Source: a virus. From it: DNA of 64,000 nucleotides. The DNA lies in IMG/VR virus record IMGVR_UViG_3300044701_002494, positions 32,007 through 96,006 of that record; one strand, given 5' to 3'. A program made the translations under genes and the position numbers. The notes below the pieces were generated by a model, which was not told the origin of the DNA, did not search any database, and was given only the letters and a program-made list of their open reading frames with translations. Below, in pieces: positions 1-8,666 of this stretch. The number at the start of each line of letters is the position of its first letter. Position 1 is the stretch's first letter.

Positions 1-197
1 ATAAAAAAGTCATATTGCATCTTTTTTGGGAGGAAATGATATTGATTCATTTCATTCGCAAACATAATACAATCAATGTGCCCAGAGAGGCAACGATTGA
101 TAATGTAAGGTGCATATTCCTTCTCAAGTGAAGGATCTTCGTCAATCAGATGTTGCTTCGTCTGATTGATCGAGTTTAACCAGTCCTTCAATTCCAT
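1..197 (-). CDS. gp62: Clamp loader small subunit (T4 gp62-like), 3' end runs off the window
   Basis: Manually translated from ATG at 197: MELKDWLNSINQTKQHLIDEDPSLEKEYAPYIINRCLSGHIDCIMFANEMNQYHFLPKKMQYDFF; lies downstream of gp44 and overlaps the 3' end of the MTase gene. Confidence 0.88.
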   Translation of the reverse strand, partial: MELKDWLNSINQTKQHLIDEDPSLEKEYAPYIINRCLSGHIDCIMFANEMNQYHFLPKKMQYDFF

Positions 198-1020
198 AAT
201 TAAAAAGCAGTAGTTCTTTACGTTGTTTTTGCTCACGCATATATTCACCAACGGAACGCATTGTATAAGTCAGATCAAACTCAGCAGCATTCCAGTTCTT
301 AAACCGATCCTTTACAAGTTGATCAGAATTATAACTCACTAACTGATCCATATCGTTAGAATCGCAATCAGCAGCAAACTTATCGTGATCAAATCCTTTG
401 TGCATTGATCCCTTGTTCCCATAGAGATTATCCTTAATATCATAAGGAGGATCGAGATACACAAAGGCACCCATATTTCCATCCAACAAATAGTCGTAGG
501 AATAATTAGTTATACGCCAATTTTTAATTAACGCAGAATATTCAGGCAACTTTTCAATCCCACGCATTGAGAAGTTGGAGACGGATGCCTGTTGCGAAAA
601 TGAAGAACTCTCTGTGAGACCACTGAAAGAACACTTATTGACAATATAGAAAGCCACAGCACGATCAATGCTTGGCAAATTTTTGTCATTGATATGCTCC
701 TTTGACTTGAGAAACAATTCTTTTGCCAAATCGGGAGTATTGTTTGCTGTCTTTAATTCTACCAGTTTATCTTTAAAATCAGTACCAAACATCTGGAGTT
801 GTTGCCAGAAATTTACCAGTGGTTCGTATAAATCATTTACCCAAATATTTAACGATGGATACTTCTTAGTGATATAAATCGCAACACTTCCTCCACCAAT
901 AAATGGTTCACGGAATTCATCATAGTTGCGAAGATCTGGAAAGTAGGGGTCCATTTTAGTAACCGCTCTACTCTTGCCACCAGGATATCTTAAACAGGTT
1001 TTCAGGGACTTTGTGCTCAT
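142..1020 (-). CDS. dam: DNA adenine methyltransferase (Dam/D12 class)
   Basis: YPGGKS, EPFIGGGSV (motif I) and DPPY (motif IV). Confidence 0.92.
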   Translation of the reverse strand: MSTKSLKTCLRYPGGKSRAVTKMDPYFPDLRNYDEFREPFIGGGSVAIYITKKYPSLNIWVNDLYEPLVNFWQQLQMFGTDFKDKLVELKTANNTPDLAKELFLKSKEHINDKNLPSIDRAVAFYIVNKCSFSGLTESSSFSQQASVSNFSMRGIEKLPEYSALIKNWRITNYSYDYLLDGNMGAFVYLDPPYDIKDNLYGNKGSMHKGFDHDKFAADCDSNDMDQLVSYNSDQLVKDRFKNWNAAEFDLTYTMRSVGEYMREQKQRKELLLFNYGIEGLVKLDQSDEATSD

Positions 1021-1535
1021 ACCAATTCCTCAATCAATTCATAAAGTCTAACAGAAAAATCTTGCTTCTCTGTAGGAATAACATCTTTTGCCAAGAAAGT
1101 AATATCAGAATAGTCAACTCTAAAAGAAACGGTTGCATCCTTCATTACAGTATGCTTCATACAAGCATCCCAACTACAAATTCCAACTGTATAATTTTTA
1201 GTATCCCAAAGAAACATATAATCAAAAGTTTTTTGAGGAAGACCTAAATTCTTACCTTGAAAATTTTTTAGTGTAATTTCTTTTGTATATGGGACAGTTT
1301 TTTGAAACAATCCATCCATTCCTTTCGACTCATAAAAAAGATTATCAGTTAAACCATAAAAATCTTTACCATTTTCTTTATCTCCAATATATTTCAATTG
1401 CCCCCCACTATACTTGGCAATGGCAATTTCCTGTACTTCTGCTCGCAAAGGGCGAGTTTGATTTCTTTTAAGTCCTTCAGTAGATTTTATTACACCAAAA
1501 ATAGAAGGAAAGTCAAATAGTTCAGGATTGATCAT
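1017..1535 (-). CDS. Hypothetical protein, possible PD-(D/E)xK nuclease
   Basis: 172 aa; GKDFYGLTDNLFYESKG resembles a D-x(n)-ExK motif; ATGA overlap with the MTase. Confidence 0.45.
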   Translation of the reverse strand: MINPELFDFPSIFGVIKSTEGLKRNQTRPLRAEVQEIAIAKYSGGQLKYIGDKENGKDFYGLTDNLFYESKGMDGLFQKTVPYTKEITLKNFQGKNLGLPQKTFDYMFLWDTKNYTVGICSWDACMKHTVMKDATVSFRVDYSDITFLAKDVIPTEKQDFSVRLYELIEELV

Positions 1536-1731
1536 AATTAATAGGATGATACTTCAAATATTCTCTAAAAGTGAGTTTCATTTCTTTCTGCGTCATACCA
1601 CAATGCTTTGCGGCAGCAGGAAGAGTCATTTTAGCACGAAAGAGACCTTCATTTGCCTCTTTCACATTCTGTGGTGTTGTTTTGACTGGATACTCTACCA
1701 GTAACGCCTTGTTGATTTTATATGGATTCAT
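1522..1731 (-). CDS. Small protein with possible helix-turn-helix
   Basis: 69 aa; MTLPAAAKHCGMTQKEMK is HTH-like; ATGA overlap with gp44. Confidence 0.5.
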   Translation of the reverse strand: MNPYKINKALLVEYPVKTTPQNVKEANEGLFRAKMTLPAAAKHCGMTQKEMKLTFREYLKYHPINYDQS

Positions 1732-2672
1732 TGAAATTCACACTCACACATAATTTCAGTTAAACAGGCAAGTATATTGATTTCTTGATCTGCTACAAAT
1801 GCTGACTGATACTGATACTTAGCAAGAACAAGCACAGCAGCAGGAATGCTATTGTTTTCAAGGGCATTATAAAGAGCATCGTAAATACGACGCAGAAGTA
1901 CAGTGACATCATTATCAAGATTAGATACCACCCACTTACGGACTTCAGAAAAGTTCTTTTCCCTAAGGTTTTTGATAAGTTCATTTACAGATACATCAGA
2001 GAAAGTTGCAAGGATACCAGAGTCAATTTTACCACCCGTAGAATACCTCTGAATTTCGTTTAGAACTCTTCGGAAATCAGGGAAATGTTTTGATACCAGT
2101 TCCGCAACGACTTTTTGATCATACTCAATCTTTTCCGCATCCAAGATTTGCTGGAGTCGTTTGAAGAAACTTCCTGCAAGTTGTGCTTTTTGCTTTCCCT
2201 TAATTGTGAAGTCGATGACGGCACATCGTGAGTGGAGGGGTTCGATGATCTTGTTCTTGTAGTTGCAGGTGAAGATGAATCGGCAGTTGTTATAAAATGC
2301 CTCAATATTCGCCCGTAGTAGGAGTTGAACGTCGTTGCCTGTGTTATCTGCCTCATCGATGATGATGACTTTGTGTTTAGAAGATCCCGTAAGTGAGACG
2401 GTCGAAGCGAAGTTCTTCGCTTGGTTCCGTACAGTATCCAAGAAACGTCCTTCGTCGGATCCGTTGATGACATAATAATCTGCTCCTAATTCGTTACATA
2501 GTGCCTTTGCAATTGTAGTTTTACCAATACCAGGAGGTCCAGCAAGAAGAAGGTTTGGAATCTCCCCCTTCTCCACAAACTCCTTAAATGTTTTTTTAGT
2601 TTCATCAGGAAGAATACAATCGTCAATTACTTGAGGACGGTATTTTTCCGTGAGAAGAAATTCACTTGCCAT
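1728..2672 (-). CDS. gp44: Clamp loader large subunit (AAA+)
   Basis: EKYRP, GPPGIGKTT Walker A, IIIDEAD Walker B, SRC motif. Confidence 0.96.
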   Translation of the reverse strand: MASEFLLTEKYRPQVIDDCILPDETKKTFKEFVEKGEIPNLLLAGPPGIGKTTIAKALCNELGADYYVINGSDEGRFLDTVRNQAKNFASTVSLTGSSKHKVIIIDEADNTGNDVQLLLRANIEAFYNNCRFIFTCNYKNKIIEPLHSRCAVIDFTIKGKQKAQLAGSFFKRLQQILDAEKIEYDQKVVAELVSKHFPDFRRVLNEIQRYSTGGKIDSGILATFSDVSVNELIKNLREKNFSEVRKWVVSNLDNDVTVLLRRIYDALYNALENNSIPAAVLVLAKYQYQSAFVADQEINILACLTEIMCECEFQ

Positions 2673-2675
2673 AAT

Positions 2676-3191
2676 TTAATTTACCCATTCTGGTTTGCGT
2701 TGTGGCATACGAAGATAGTTATCAGACACCCAAGGTTTGGATGCAATGTACCTTTTGTATGCTTCAAATGTGTCAATAGTTTTGTCAAACTTCCACTCCT
2801 CGGGCATAGCACGAGCAAATGGAGTCACTTCTGTAATCTTACCCTTGGGAAACAAATAGTATGCATCCACAAGAGTTTTATAACAGGAGTGAGTTTTATT
2901 ATACCTCAGGCAGTATTCATCGGACAAGTTTAATCCCCACTTGATTAACCAGTAGGCATTATGGATACTCTCCATTGCCCACTTGGTGCAGGGATGATTG
3001 CGGAATGCTCCTTTGTCTGTCTTGTAGGGGGTCCCATCTGCCTTAGGGAGAGTGCCGTACCCGTGTCCCCACTTCTCTGATGCCACGATAGAGAGCATTT
3101 GGCACGTTTCAACTGGCATCTTCACTATTAATTTGTCCGGAAGTACTATTGCACTTTCTGCCGGAAATTGATTTGTCACAAAAATGTTCAT
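2676..3191 (-). CDS. Pyrimidine dimer DNA glycosylase-like protein (DenV-related)
   Basis: MNIF...DKLIVKMPVETCQMLS, NHPCTKW and FARAMP motifs of the phage pyrimidine-dimer glycosylase-like family. Confidence 0.7.
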   Translation of the reverse strand: MNIFVTNQFPAESAIVLPDKLIVKMPVETCQMLSIVASEKWGHGYGTLPKADGTPYKTDKGAFRNHPCTKWAMESIHNAYWLIKWGLNLSDEYCLRYNKTHSCYKTLVDAYYLFPKGKITEVTPFARAMPEEWKFDKTIDTFEAYKRYIASKPWVSDNYLRMPQRKPEWVN

Positions 3192-3241
3192 AATAAAAAA
3201 ATTAAAGTTTAATTCAATTATATAATAGAATACTTTGGAAA

Positions 3242-3934
3242 TTATCCAAATTGACTATCTGGTTCTAATGCAATCCAATAGCACAAATCGTGGTTCTTAG
3301 ATTGGAATCGTGACAGTAGTTTTTCTGACACAACCACGTCGTAAGAACCAGGAATAATCTTGATGTTTTCTACCTTGAAGTTGAAGGTAAATTCAGAATC
3401 AGTTTCACCAACAACGATGGCATACTCATTAGAAGTATCATTCTTCTTATCACGAACCACTAGTTTGATGACACCATTCTCACCAACAGCAGAGAGGTCG
3501 GGAAGTTGATACACTGCTGCTGCCTTGACCAGTTTTTCTAGAGAAGTACTGTCCAATTGGAAGCAAACATCTTGTGAAGGAAGTTGAATGTTCTTATCGG
3601 GAGGAGAGATAATCACATTGGGGTCGGCAAAGAAATATTTTACACGACGCTTACCTTCTTTAATACTGAGATGCGATTCTTCAGTAAAGTCAAGGTCGGG
3701 GTCTTGGTGAAGACTCAGACCATTGAGAAACTGATTGAGGTCATAAATCGCAAAGTCACGAGGAAATTCTTCACTAATTTCTGCTTCAGCTAGTATATTT
3801 TTTGCCACAGAAATGGTACGAAGACGATTACCCTGCTTTACAAGAATGGAATTGTTAATGCCAGCAAAGTTCTTGAGAAGAGCAAGAGTATTATCAGAGA
3901 GTTTCATAGTTTTATCTTGGAGTTTCATAATCAA
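3242..3934 (-). CDS. gp45: Sliding clamp (true start possibly 3907)
   Basis: MKLSDNTLALLKNFAGINNSI, FAIYDLNQFL and YWIALE match T4-like gp45. Confidence 0.95.
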   Translation of the reverse strand: MIMKLQDKTMKLSDNTLALLKNFAGINNSILVKQGNRLRTISVAKNILAEAEISEEFPRDFAIYDLNQFLNGLSLHQDPDLDFTEESHLSIKEGKRRVKYFFADPNVIISPPDKNIQLPSQDVCFQLDSTSLEKLVKAAAVYQLPDLSAVGENGVIKLVVRDKKNDTSNEYAIVVGETDSEFTFNFKVENIKIIPGSYDVVVSEKLLSRFQSKNHDLCYWIALEPDSQFG

Positions 3935-4299
3935 CGAAATTCAGAGAGACCATTATCTTTGCGGGAATAATGTTTGTCAAAGTGAAGCAATAGCATAGCA
4001 TAGTGAATGACTTTCATCAAATCACGCTTATTACGTCCATCCTTGTCTCCATAACGAGAACCATACTTTAGGATGTTTGCTTGACAAAAACCTGCTGCCA
4101 GTTTCTTTGCTGCCATCAGATCAATTGTTTGGATATCAGCATAATCTTCTTCATCACCACAATAGTGACCGTGATAGGTGCTGGTTACATAATCCTCAAC
4201 ATCTTTGAGGATTTTATCTTCGTTATATTTCCAAAGATGATTTGTTGTTTCACTCATAGTAATATTAAAAGTTGTTTCAGTCATAAAAAGAGGAGGCAC
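3931..4299 (-). CDS. Conserved hypothetical protein (DUF3310-like)
   Basis: TYHGHY...GFCQANILKYGSRYGDKDG...DLMKVIHY. Confidence 0.65.
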   Translation of the reverse strand: MPPLFMTETTFNITMSETTNHLWKYNEDKILKDVEDYVTSTYHGHYCGDEEDYADIQTIDLMAAKKLAAGFCQANILKYGSRYGDKDGRNKRDLMKVIHYAMLLLHFDKHYSRKDNGLSEFR

Positions 4300-4314
4300 T
4301 TTTTACCTCCTTAT

Positions 4315-4343
4315 ATTCTATCAGTTTGCTTGCTGCTCGTCAA
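4315..4343 (-). promoter_or_regulatory. Sigma70-type promoter
   Basis: Minus strand TTGACG-17 nt-TAGAAT at the end of the cobS-like gene. Confidence 0.7.
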
Positions 4344-5448
4344 GGTTATAAGTTACATGTTCGCCTTCTGGCATTTGGAAATCAGCATCCACTTTATCAT
4401 ACAATTCGAGGAATGCTTGCTTGGTTTCATCATCAAAGCGGTTTACACACACTTGGATTGCCTTTGCCTTATCTTGGAAAATGCTATAGGCACGGATGAT
4501 GTGAACCAGACGGCGGGTGCTGATGATTTCTTCAATACCACCATCATAAAATGTTTTACGAATAATATCACTCCAATCAACCAAACTCTTGCAGAAATCA
4601 CGATCCTCAACACCAAGATCCAGAGCAACGCCTTCAAGGATCTTCTGCTCGGTTGCAGGGGCAGGATACTGCTGCTCAAATGTCACAGGGAAACGCTCCA
4701 GGAACGCCTCATTGAGCACGTTGGTGCCGATGAACCTACCGTCATCAGAACCCTTACCTTTAGTGTTTGCAGTGGCAATCACGTTGAAACCTTCATCAGG
4801 TTTTACAAACTTACCAATCTTTTTCAAGAATACACCCTTACCCTCTAGCACGGATTGTAGGCAAAGGATTTTGTTGGAGGCAAGGTCAATCTCGTCAAGG
4901 AGCAGGATTGCTCCACGCTGGAGTGCTTCGATGACTGGACCATTGTGCCAGACAGTAGCACCATCCACAAGACGGAAACCGCCGATAAGATCATCTTCAT
5001 CAGTTTCAATCGTAATGTTTACACGAATTAGTTCACGCTTAAGTTGAGCACACGCTTGCTCCACCGAGAACGTTTTACCGTTACCCGAAAGACCCGTAAT
5101 GAACGTAGGGTAAAAGAGACGGGACTGAATAATTTTTTTAATATCGTTAAAGTTACCAAACTTGACGAAGGTATCATCTTTTTCGGGGATAAGATTTTGC
5201 TCAACTGCAGGGAGAACAGAAGGTGCTTGATAAGAACGCTCAATCTCTTCAACACGTTCTTGAGTCACTTCCAGATTCCAACGCCCACGAGCGGTCTTAA
5301 AAGATTCCAAGCGACGGGTCACGGTCTGATAGTTGAGACTACGAGAAGCACAGAAACCTTTCAGGTCACCAGAAGTAATTTTAGAACCGTACAGTTCTTT
5401 GATAGATTCGATCAATTGAGCGTCGTTCACAGAAGATTTGCGAGACAT
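4321..5448 (-). CDS. cobS: CobS-like / MoxR-type AAA+ ATPase
   Basis: GLSGNGKT Walker A, LLLDEID Walker B, ATANTKGKG, NEAFLERF, STRRL; common in cyanomyoviruses. Confidence 0.85.
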   Translation of the reverse strand: MSRKSSVNDAQLIESIKELYGSKITSGDLKGFCASRSLNYQTVTRRLESFKTARGRWNLEVTQERVEEIERSYQAPSVLPAVEQNLIPEKDDTFVKFGNFNDIKKIIQSRLFYPTFITGLSGNGKTFSVEQACAQLKRELIRVNITIETDEDDLIGGFRLVDGATVWHNGPVIEALQRGAILLLDEIDLASNKILCLQSVLEGKGVFLKKIGKFVKPDEGFNVIATANTKGKGSDDGRFIGTNVLNEAFLERFPVTFEQQYPAPATEQKILEGVALDLGVEDRDFCKSLVDWSDIIRKTFYDGGIEEIISTRRLVHIIRAYSIFQDKAKAIQVCVNRFDDETKQAFLELYDKVDADFQMPEGEHVTYNLDEQQAN

Positions 5449-5480
5449 AATGTAGTTAGGTGGTTTGTTTCAACAGACTT

Positions 5481-5540
5481 ATTATACACACAAAAAAGGG
5501 GCAACCGAGTGCCCCTTGTGACGGTTTGGAAAGTGGTTCA
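5481..5540 (-). promoter_or_regulatory. Palindrome + stem-loop/T-tract + -10 cassette upstream of the cobS-like gene
   Basis: Minus strand GAACCACTTTCCAAACCGTCACA-AGGGGCAC..TGCCCCT-TTTTTT-GTG-TATAAT; near copy at 7881-7938. Confidence 0.7.
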
Positions 5541-5678
5541 GGAGGACTTTTTCTTCTTGACTACTTTTACTGGTTTTTCATCAAAAACTTTCTCAACCTT
5601 GTCTGGTTGTGGTGCTACTTGTGGGACTGGTGCTACTTCAGGTGCAGTTTCCTGAAATAAATTGGTAAATCTACTCAT
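5538..5678 (-). CDS. Small hypothetical protein (46 aa, not in the ORF track)
   Basis: MSRFTNLFQETAPEVAPVPQVAPQPDKVEKVFDEKPVKVVKKKKSS; fills the gap on the coding strand, with a GATAAATA late-promoter-like box upstream. Confidence 0.6.
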   Translation of the reverse strand: MSRFTNLFQETAPEVAPVPQVAPQPDKVEKVFDEKPVKVVKKKKSS

Positions 5679-5708
5679 TAGACCTAGTATAACTCTTTGA
5701 AGTATTTA

Positions 5709-7889
5709 TCAGGCAACCAATTCCACAAACTCACCCAGAATTTTCTTGTTCATTTTTTTAGTTTTAAGGCTCTTCACAAAGGCAGATTTGATTTGCGCCT
5801 TTGTTGCATCGTCAGCAACAGAAAACTCAGAATCCTGAGAAAGAGTGGTAGAAGACAGACCAAAATAGGAATGATACCCAGAGTTCTTGAGAGTAAATGC
5901 CTTCTGTTTCTTCCAAGCACCCATCACCTTATCATACTCAGAACCATAGAATCCACAATAACGGCGAATGAATTGACCGGCATCACGGGATTCAAGAACA
6001 CGAATACCAATAAAATTGATATCAGTAAACTTGTCCCTCAGATTGTGAAGAAGAACCTCAGTAAATTCCTGCTTCTCAGAGTCACAAGAATAAGTCATTC
6101 CAGTCTTACGGTCACGGAGGAAGGCATTAAAACCAATGTGAGCGGTACCCATATATGGTTCATCTTCCCAACGACGCTGAACCTCATGATGATATTTCAC
6201 AAGGCATCCCTCACCATCAGTCAGAACCACACACTGAACTTTCTGAAGTTTGTTCTCCTTCTTGAACTTAGGCAAAATCTGATGAAGAGAAATCAGTGCC
6301 TCATTTAAGGGAGTTCCTGAAAGACCCATTCCAAGAGGAGCAGAATAATAGCAGTGAGAATTGTAACAGAAAGACTTAGCAAGACGGAAAATATTCTTCA
6401 TATGCTCCTCCAGAGTGTTCACATTCACTTTGCTGGTGAGAAGATTCATCATAGAGAACCATTCACCAACCTGAACAAGACCATCTTTCTTCTTATAGGC
6501 AAGTTCACGAATGTTTGCCTTACCATCTTCACCATATTTCACCAGAGGATAATCAGTGGTGAAAGCATAAACCTCAAACGGAATTGAAACTTTCTTACAG
6601 AACCAAATCAGGTTGAAGAGTTGCTTGACCGTATCCAGCATCACATTAGACATAGAACCAGACCAGTCCAGAACAAATACCAGACCGTGATTTTTACCAT
6701 CAGCAAAAGTCGTAACCTTCCTGAAGATATCTTCATTATACTTGTAGGTATGAAGTTTAGAACAATCCAATACACCAGTGCGGGAAGTTGTGGCACGAGC
6801 ATAGGAATCTGCTGCCTTGCGACATTCAAACTCTTTCACCAGATAGTTGACTTCCTTCTGAGCAGAACGCTTGAATTCCACATACTGCTTATCAACTTCA
6901 CCAAAGATATCCTCTTGCTTATATTCACGCTCGGAAAGAAAAAGTTCCCAACTGATTTTACACTTGGAATGAATCTCCGAATTAGGAACAATCACCTTAT
7001 CCAAGTCAAGTTGAGGCAGTTCAAGATAAACATTCTCAGAAGAATCATTACCTACAAGTTCTTTCAGTGCCTCTTCCAGAGACTCCATCGTCTTGACTTC
7101 AGGTTCTTCATCATTCTCACCACCTTCATTTGTAGGTTGCTGTTGCTGCTGAGAATTTTCATCAGAAGTAGCAGCACCATCAGAACCTTCAGATTCAGGT
7201 TGCTCACTCTCACCTTGCTCCTGGTCAGTAAAATCAGAAGCGGGTTGATTATCATCACCACTCTGCTGCGACTCAAGATTGTCCAGAGAAGTCTTGGTTT
7301 CTTCCTGTTGCTTCTGCTTACAATACTTATAGAGTGCCTCTGCGGCAATCAGAACATCGGCAAAGGTCTCAGTATCGGCAATCAGATTGATGATTTCAGT
7401 CTCTTCACCAGGTTCAACAGGAATATCTACATAATTACCAACCTTGAACCACAGGTTTGCACGGTCGGCAAGATTATAAGTTTCTACATTATCATCTTTG
7501 ATTTGAAAGAAGTCATCATCAACAAGTTCCTTATAACCGTTATAGAAGGTCTTGGCGAGACCAGCATAACGACGCTTCATCAGTTTCTCAATACGAGCAT
7601 CCTCAACCACATTCACAAACTGCGGCGGGATCTTGTGTTGCTTCAACCAGTCCTCATCAGGCGTATAGAGAGCGTGACCGACCTCGTGACCCACCAGAAG
7701 GTCATACACAGTGTTGCTTGCCTTCTCCCACATAGGAAGCGTGAGCACACGGGTATGAACGTTAAAGCAGGCAGTCTCCACTTTCTTGTGCTCAACCACA
7801 AGGTCTTCGGTAGCAAGAAGTTTGGCGAGTTGAGACTTGATTTCGTGGCGGACAGGCATAGATTTGTTGCGTATGAAGTCATTATACAA
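5709..7889 (-). CDS. CobT-like protein: N-terminal HExxH peptidase-like domain, acidic linker, C-terminal VWA domain (start probably 7859)
   Basis: HEVGH, NVVEDARIE, acidic linker, MIDAS DWSGSM, GTPL and VLTDGE. Confidence 0.8.
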   Translation of the reverse strand: MYNDFIRNKSMPVRHEIKSQLAKLLATEDLVVEHKKVETACFNVHTRVLTLPMWEKASNTVYDLLVGHEVGHALYTPDEDWLKQHKIPPQFVNVVEDARIEKLMKRRYAGLAKTFYNGYKELVDDDFFQIKDDNVETYNLADRANLWFKVGNYVDIPVEPGEETEIINLIADTETFADVLIAAEALYKYCKQKQQEETKTSLDNLESQQSGDDNQPASDFTDQEQGESEQPESEGSDGAATSDENSQQQQQPTNEGGENDEEPEVKTMESLEEALKELVGNDSSENVYLELPQLDLDKVIVPNSEIHSKCKISWELFLSEREYKQEDIFGEVDKQYVEFKRSAQKEVNYLVKEFECRKAADSYARATTSRTGVLDCSKLHTYKYNEDIFRKVTTFADGKNHGLVFVLDWSGSMSNVMLDTVKQLFNLIWFCKKVSIPFEVYAFTTDYPLVKYGEDGKANIRELAYKKKDGLVQVGEWFSMMNLLTSKVNVNTLEEHMKNIFRLAKSFCYNSHCYYSAPLGMGLSGTPLNEALISLHQILPKFKKENKLQKVQCVVLTDGEGCLVKYHHEVQRRWEDEPYMGTAHIGFNAFLRDRKTGMTYSCDSEKQEFTEVLLHNLRDKFTDINFIGIRVLESRDAGQFIRRYCGFYGSEYDKVMGAWKKQKAFTLKNSGYHSYFGLSSTTLSQDSEFSVADDATKAQIKSAFVKSLKTKKMNKKILGEFVELVA

Positions 7890-7938
7890 AAAAAGGAGGT
7901 CTTGCGACCTCCCAGTGGACAGTTTGGAAAGTGGTTTC
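7881..7938 (-). promoter_or_regulatory. Palindrome + stem-loop/T-tract + -10 cassette
   Basis: Minus strand GAAACCACTTTCCAAACTGTCCAC-TG-GGAGGTC GCAA GACCTCC-T8-G-TATAAT. Confidence 0.7.
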
Positions 7939-8639
7939 TAGTCGTGCTCACCCATTGCTTTTTGCTTACGGAGTTTCTTAGGATTCTTGGTTACACCACC
8001 AGAACCCTCTGAAGGATAATCGTGGTCTTGACGAGTACCTACACCATGAGCAGCACCTGCTCTTGCTCTTTCTCTATCGTCAGCAGTCAAACCCTTTCTT
8101 GGTGAATCATCTGGAGTTCTATTAGCAGGATTAGTTCTACTCTTCATTGCCTTAAGAAAAGGCTTTCTCTTTGCAGTCATCTTGGTTTTTGATGCTGCAC
8201 TGTATGCCTTCGGTGTAGCACCATATGAACCTTCTGCTTCATCTAGAACTTCTTCAACAATACTCTGCTTCCACTCTTCACTCATATTCGCCATAATAGC
8301 AAGAGCTGCCTTATTGGTGTCTGCGTAACCTTCGGCAACTAGGTGCTCCAAAATATGCTCAAACATATCTTTTCCACCCTTTTGCGGAACTTTTCCCCTA
8401 TCTCTGAGTCTTTCACGACCACCTTCGGATCTCTCTTCTTTAGAAGCACTTGGACTAAACTTACCTAGCATTAATCTGCCATGTGTTTCAGCCTTAGTTT
8501 CTGGTCTTCCTCTTTTCTTATCCGCTTCACGCTGTTGAGATTCCCGAGAAAGAGCACTCAAACTAGTTCTTCTACCTTCATCAAGTTGATAAACCTGATT
8601 ATATGCTTCTTGTAAATTGCGAATTTCTTTTGCGTCCAT
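7938..8639 (-). CDS. Hypothetical protein, probably late/virion-associated
   Basis: 233 aa; LQEAYNQVY N-terminus, LEHLVAEGYA..MANMSEEW module, ATAAATA upstream. Confidence 0.6.
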   Translation of the reverse strand: MDAKEIRNLQEAYNQVYQLDEGRRTSLSALSRESQQREADKKRGRPETKAETHGRLMLGKFSPSASKEERSEGGRERLRDRGKVPQKGGKDMFEHILEHLVAEGYADTNKAALAIMANMSEEWKQSIVEEVLDEAEGSYGATPKAYSAASKTKMTAKRKPFLKAMKSRTNPANRTPDDSPRKGLTADDRERARAGAAHGVGTRQDHDYPSEGSGGVTKNPKKLRKQKAMGEHD

Positions 8640-8666
8640 TTTTATGAATACTTTTTTTTTATTTAT

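Noticed and set aside
5460-5660. Plus-strand 66-aa aromatic-rich ORF
   Set aside because: Overlaps a regulatory cassette and a more plausible minus-strand 46-aa ORF
4081-8012. Long plus-strand ORFs (4081-4848, 5044-5655, 5697-6308, 6621-8012)
   Set aside because: Antisense shadows of the cobS-like and VWA genes caused by codon bias; no recognisable motifs, and all real genes are on the minus strand
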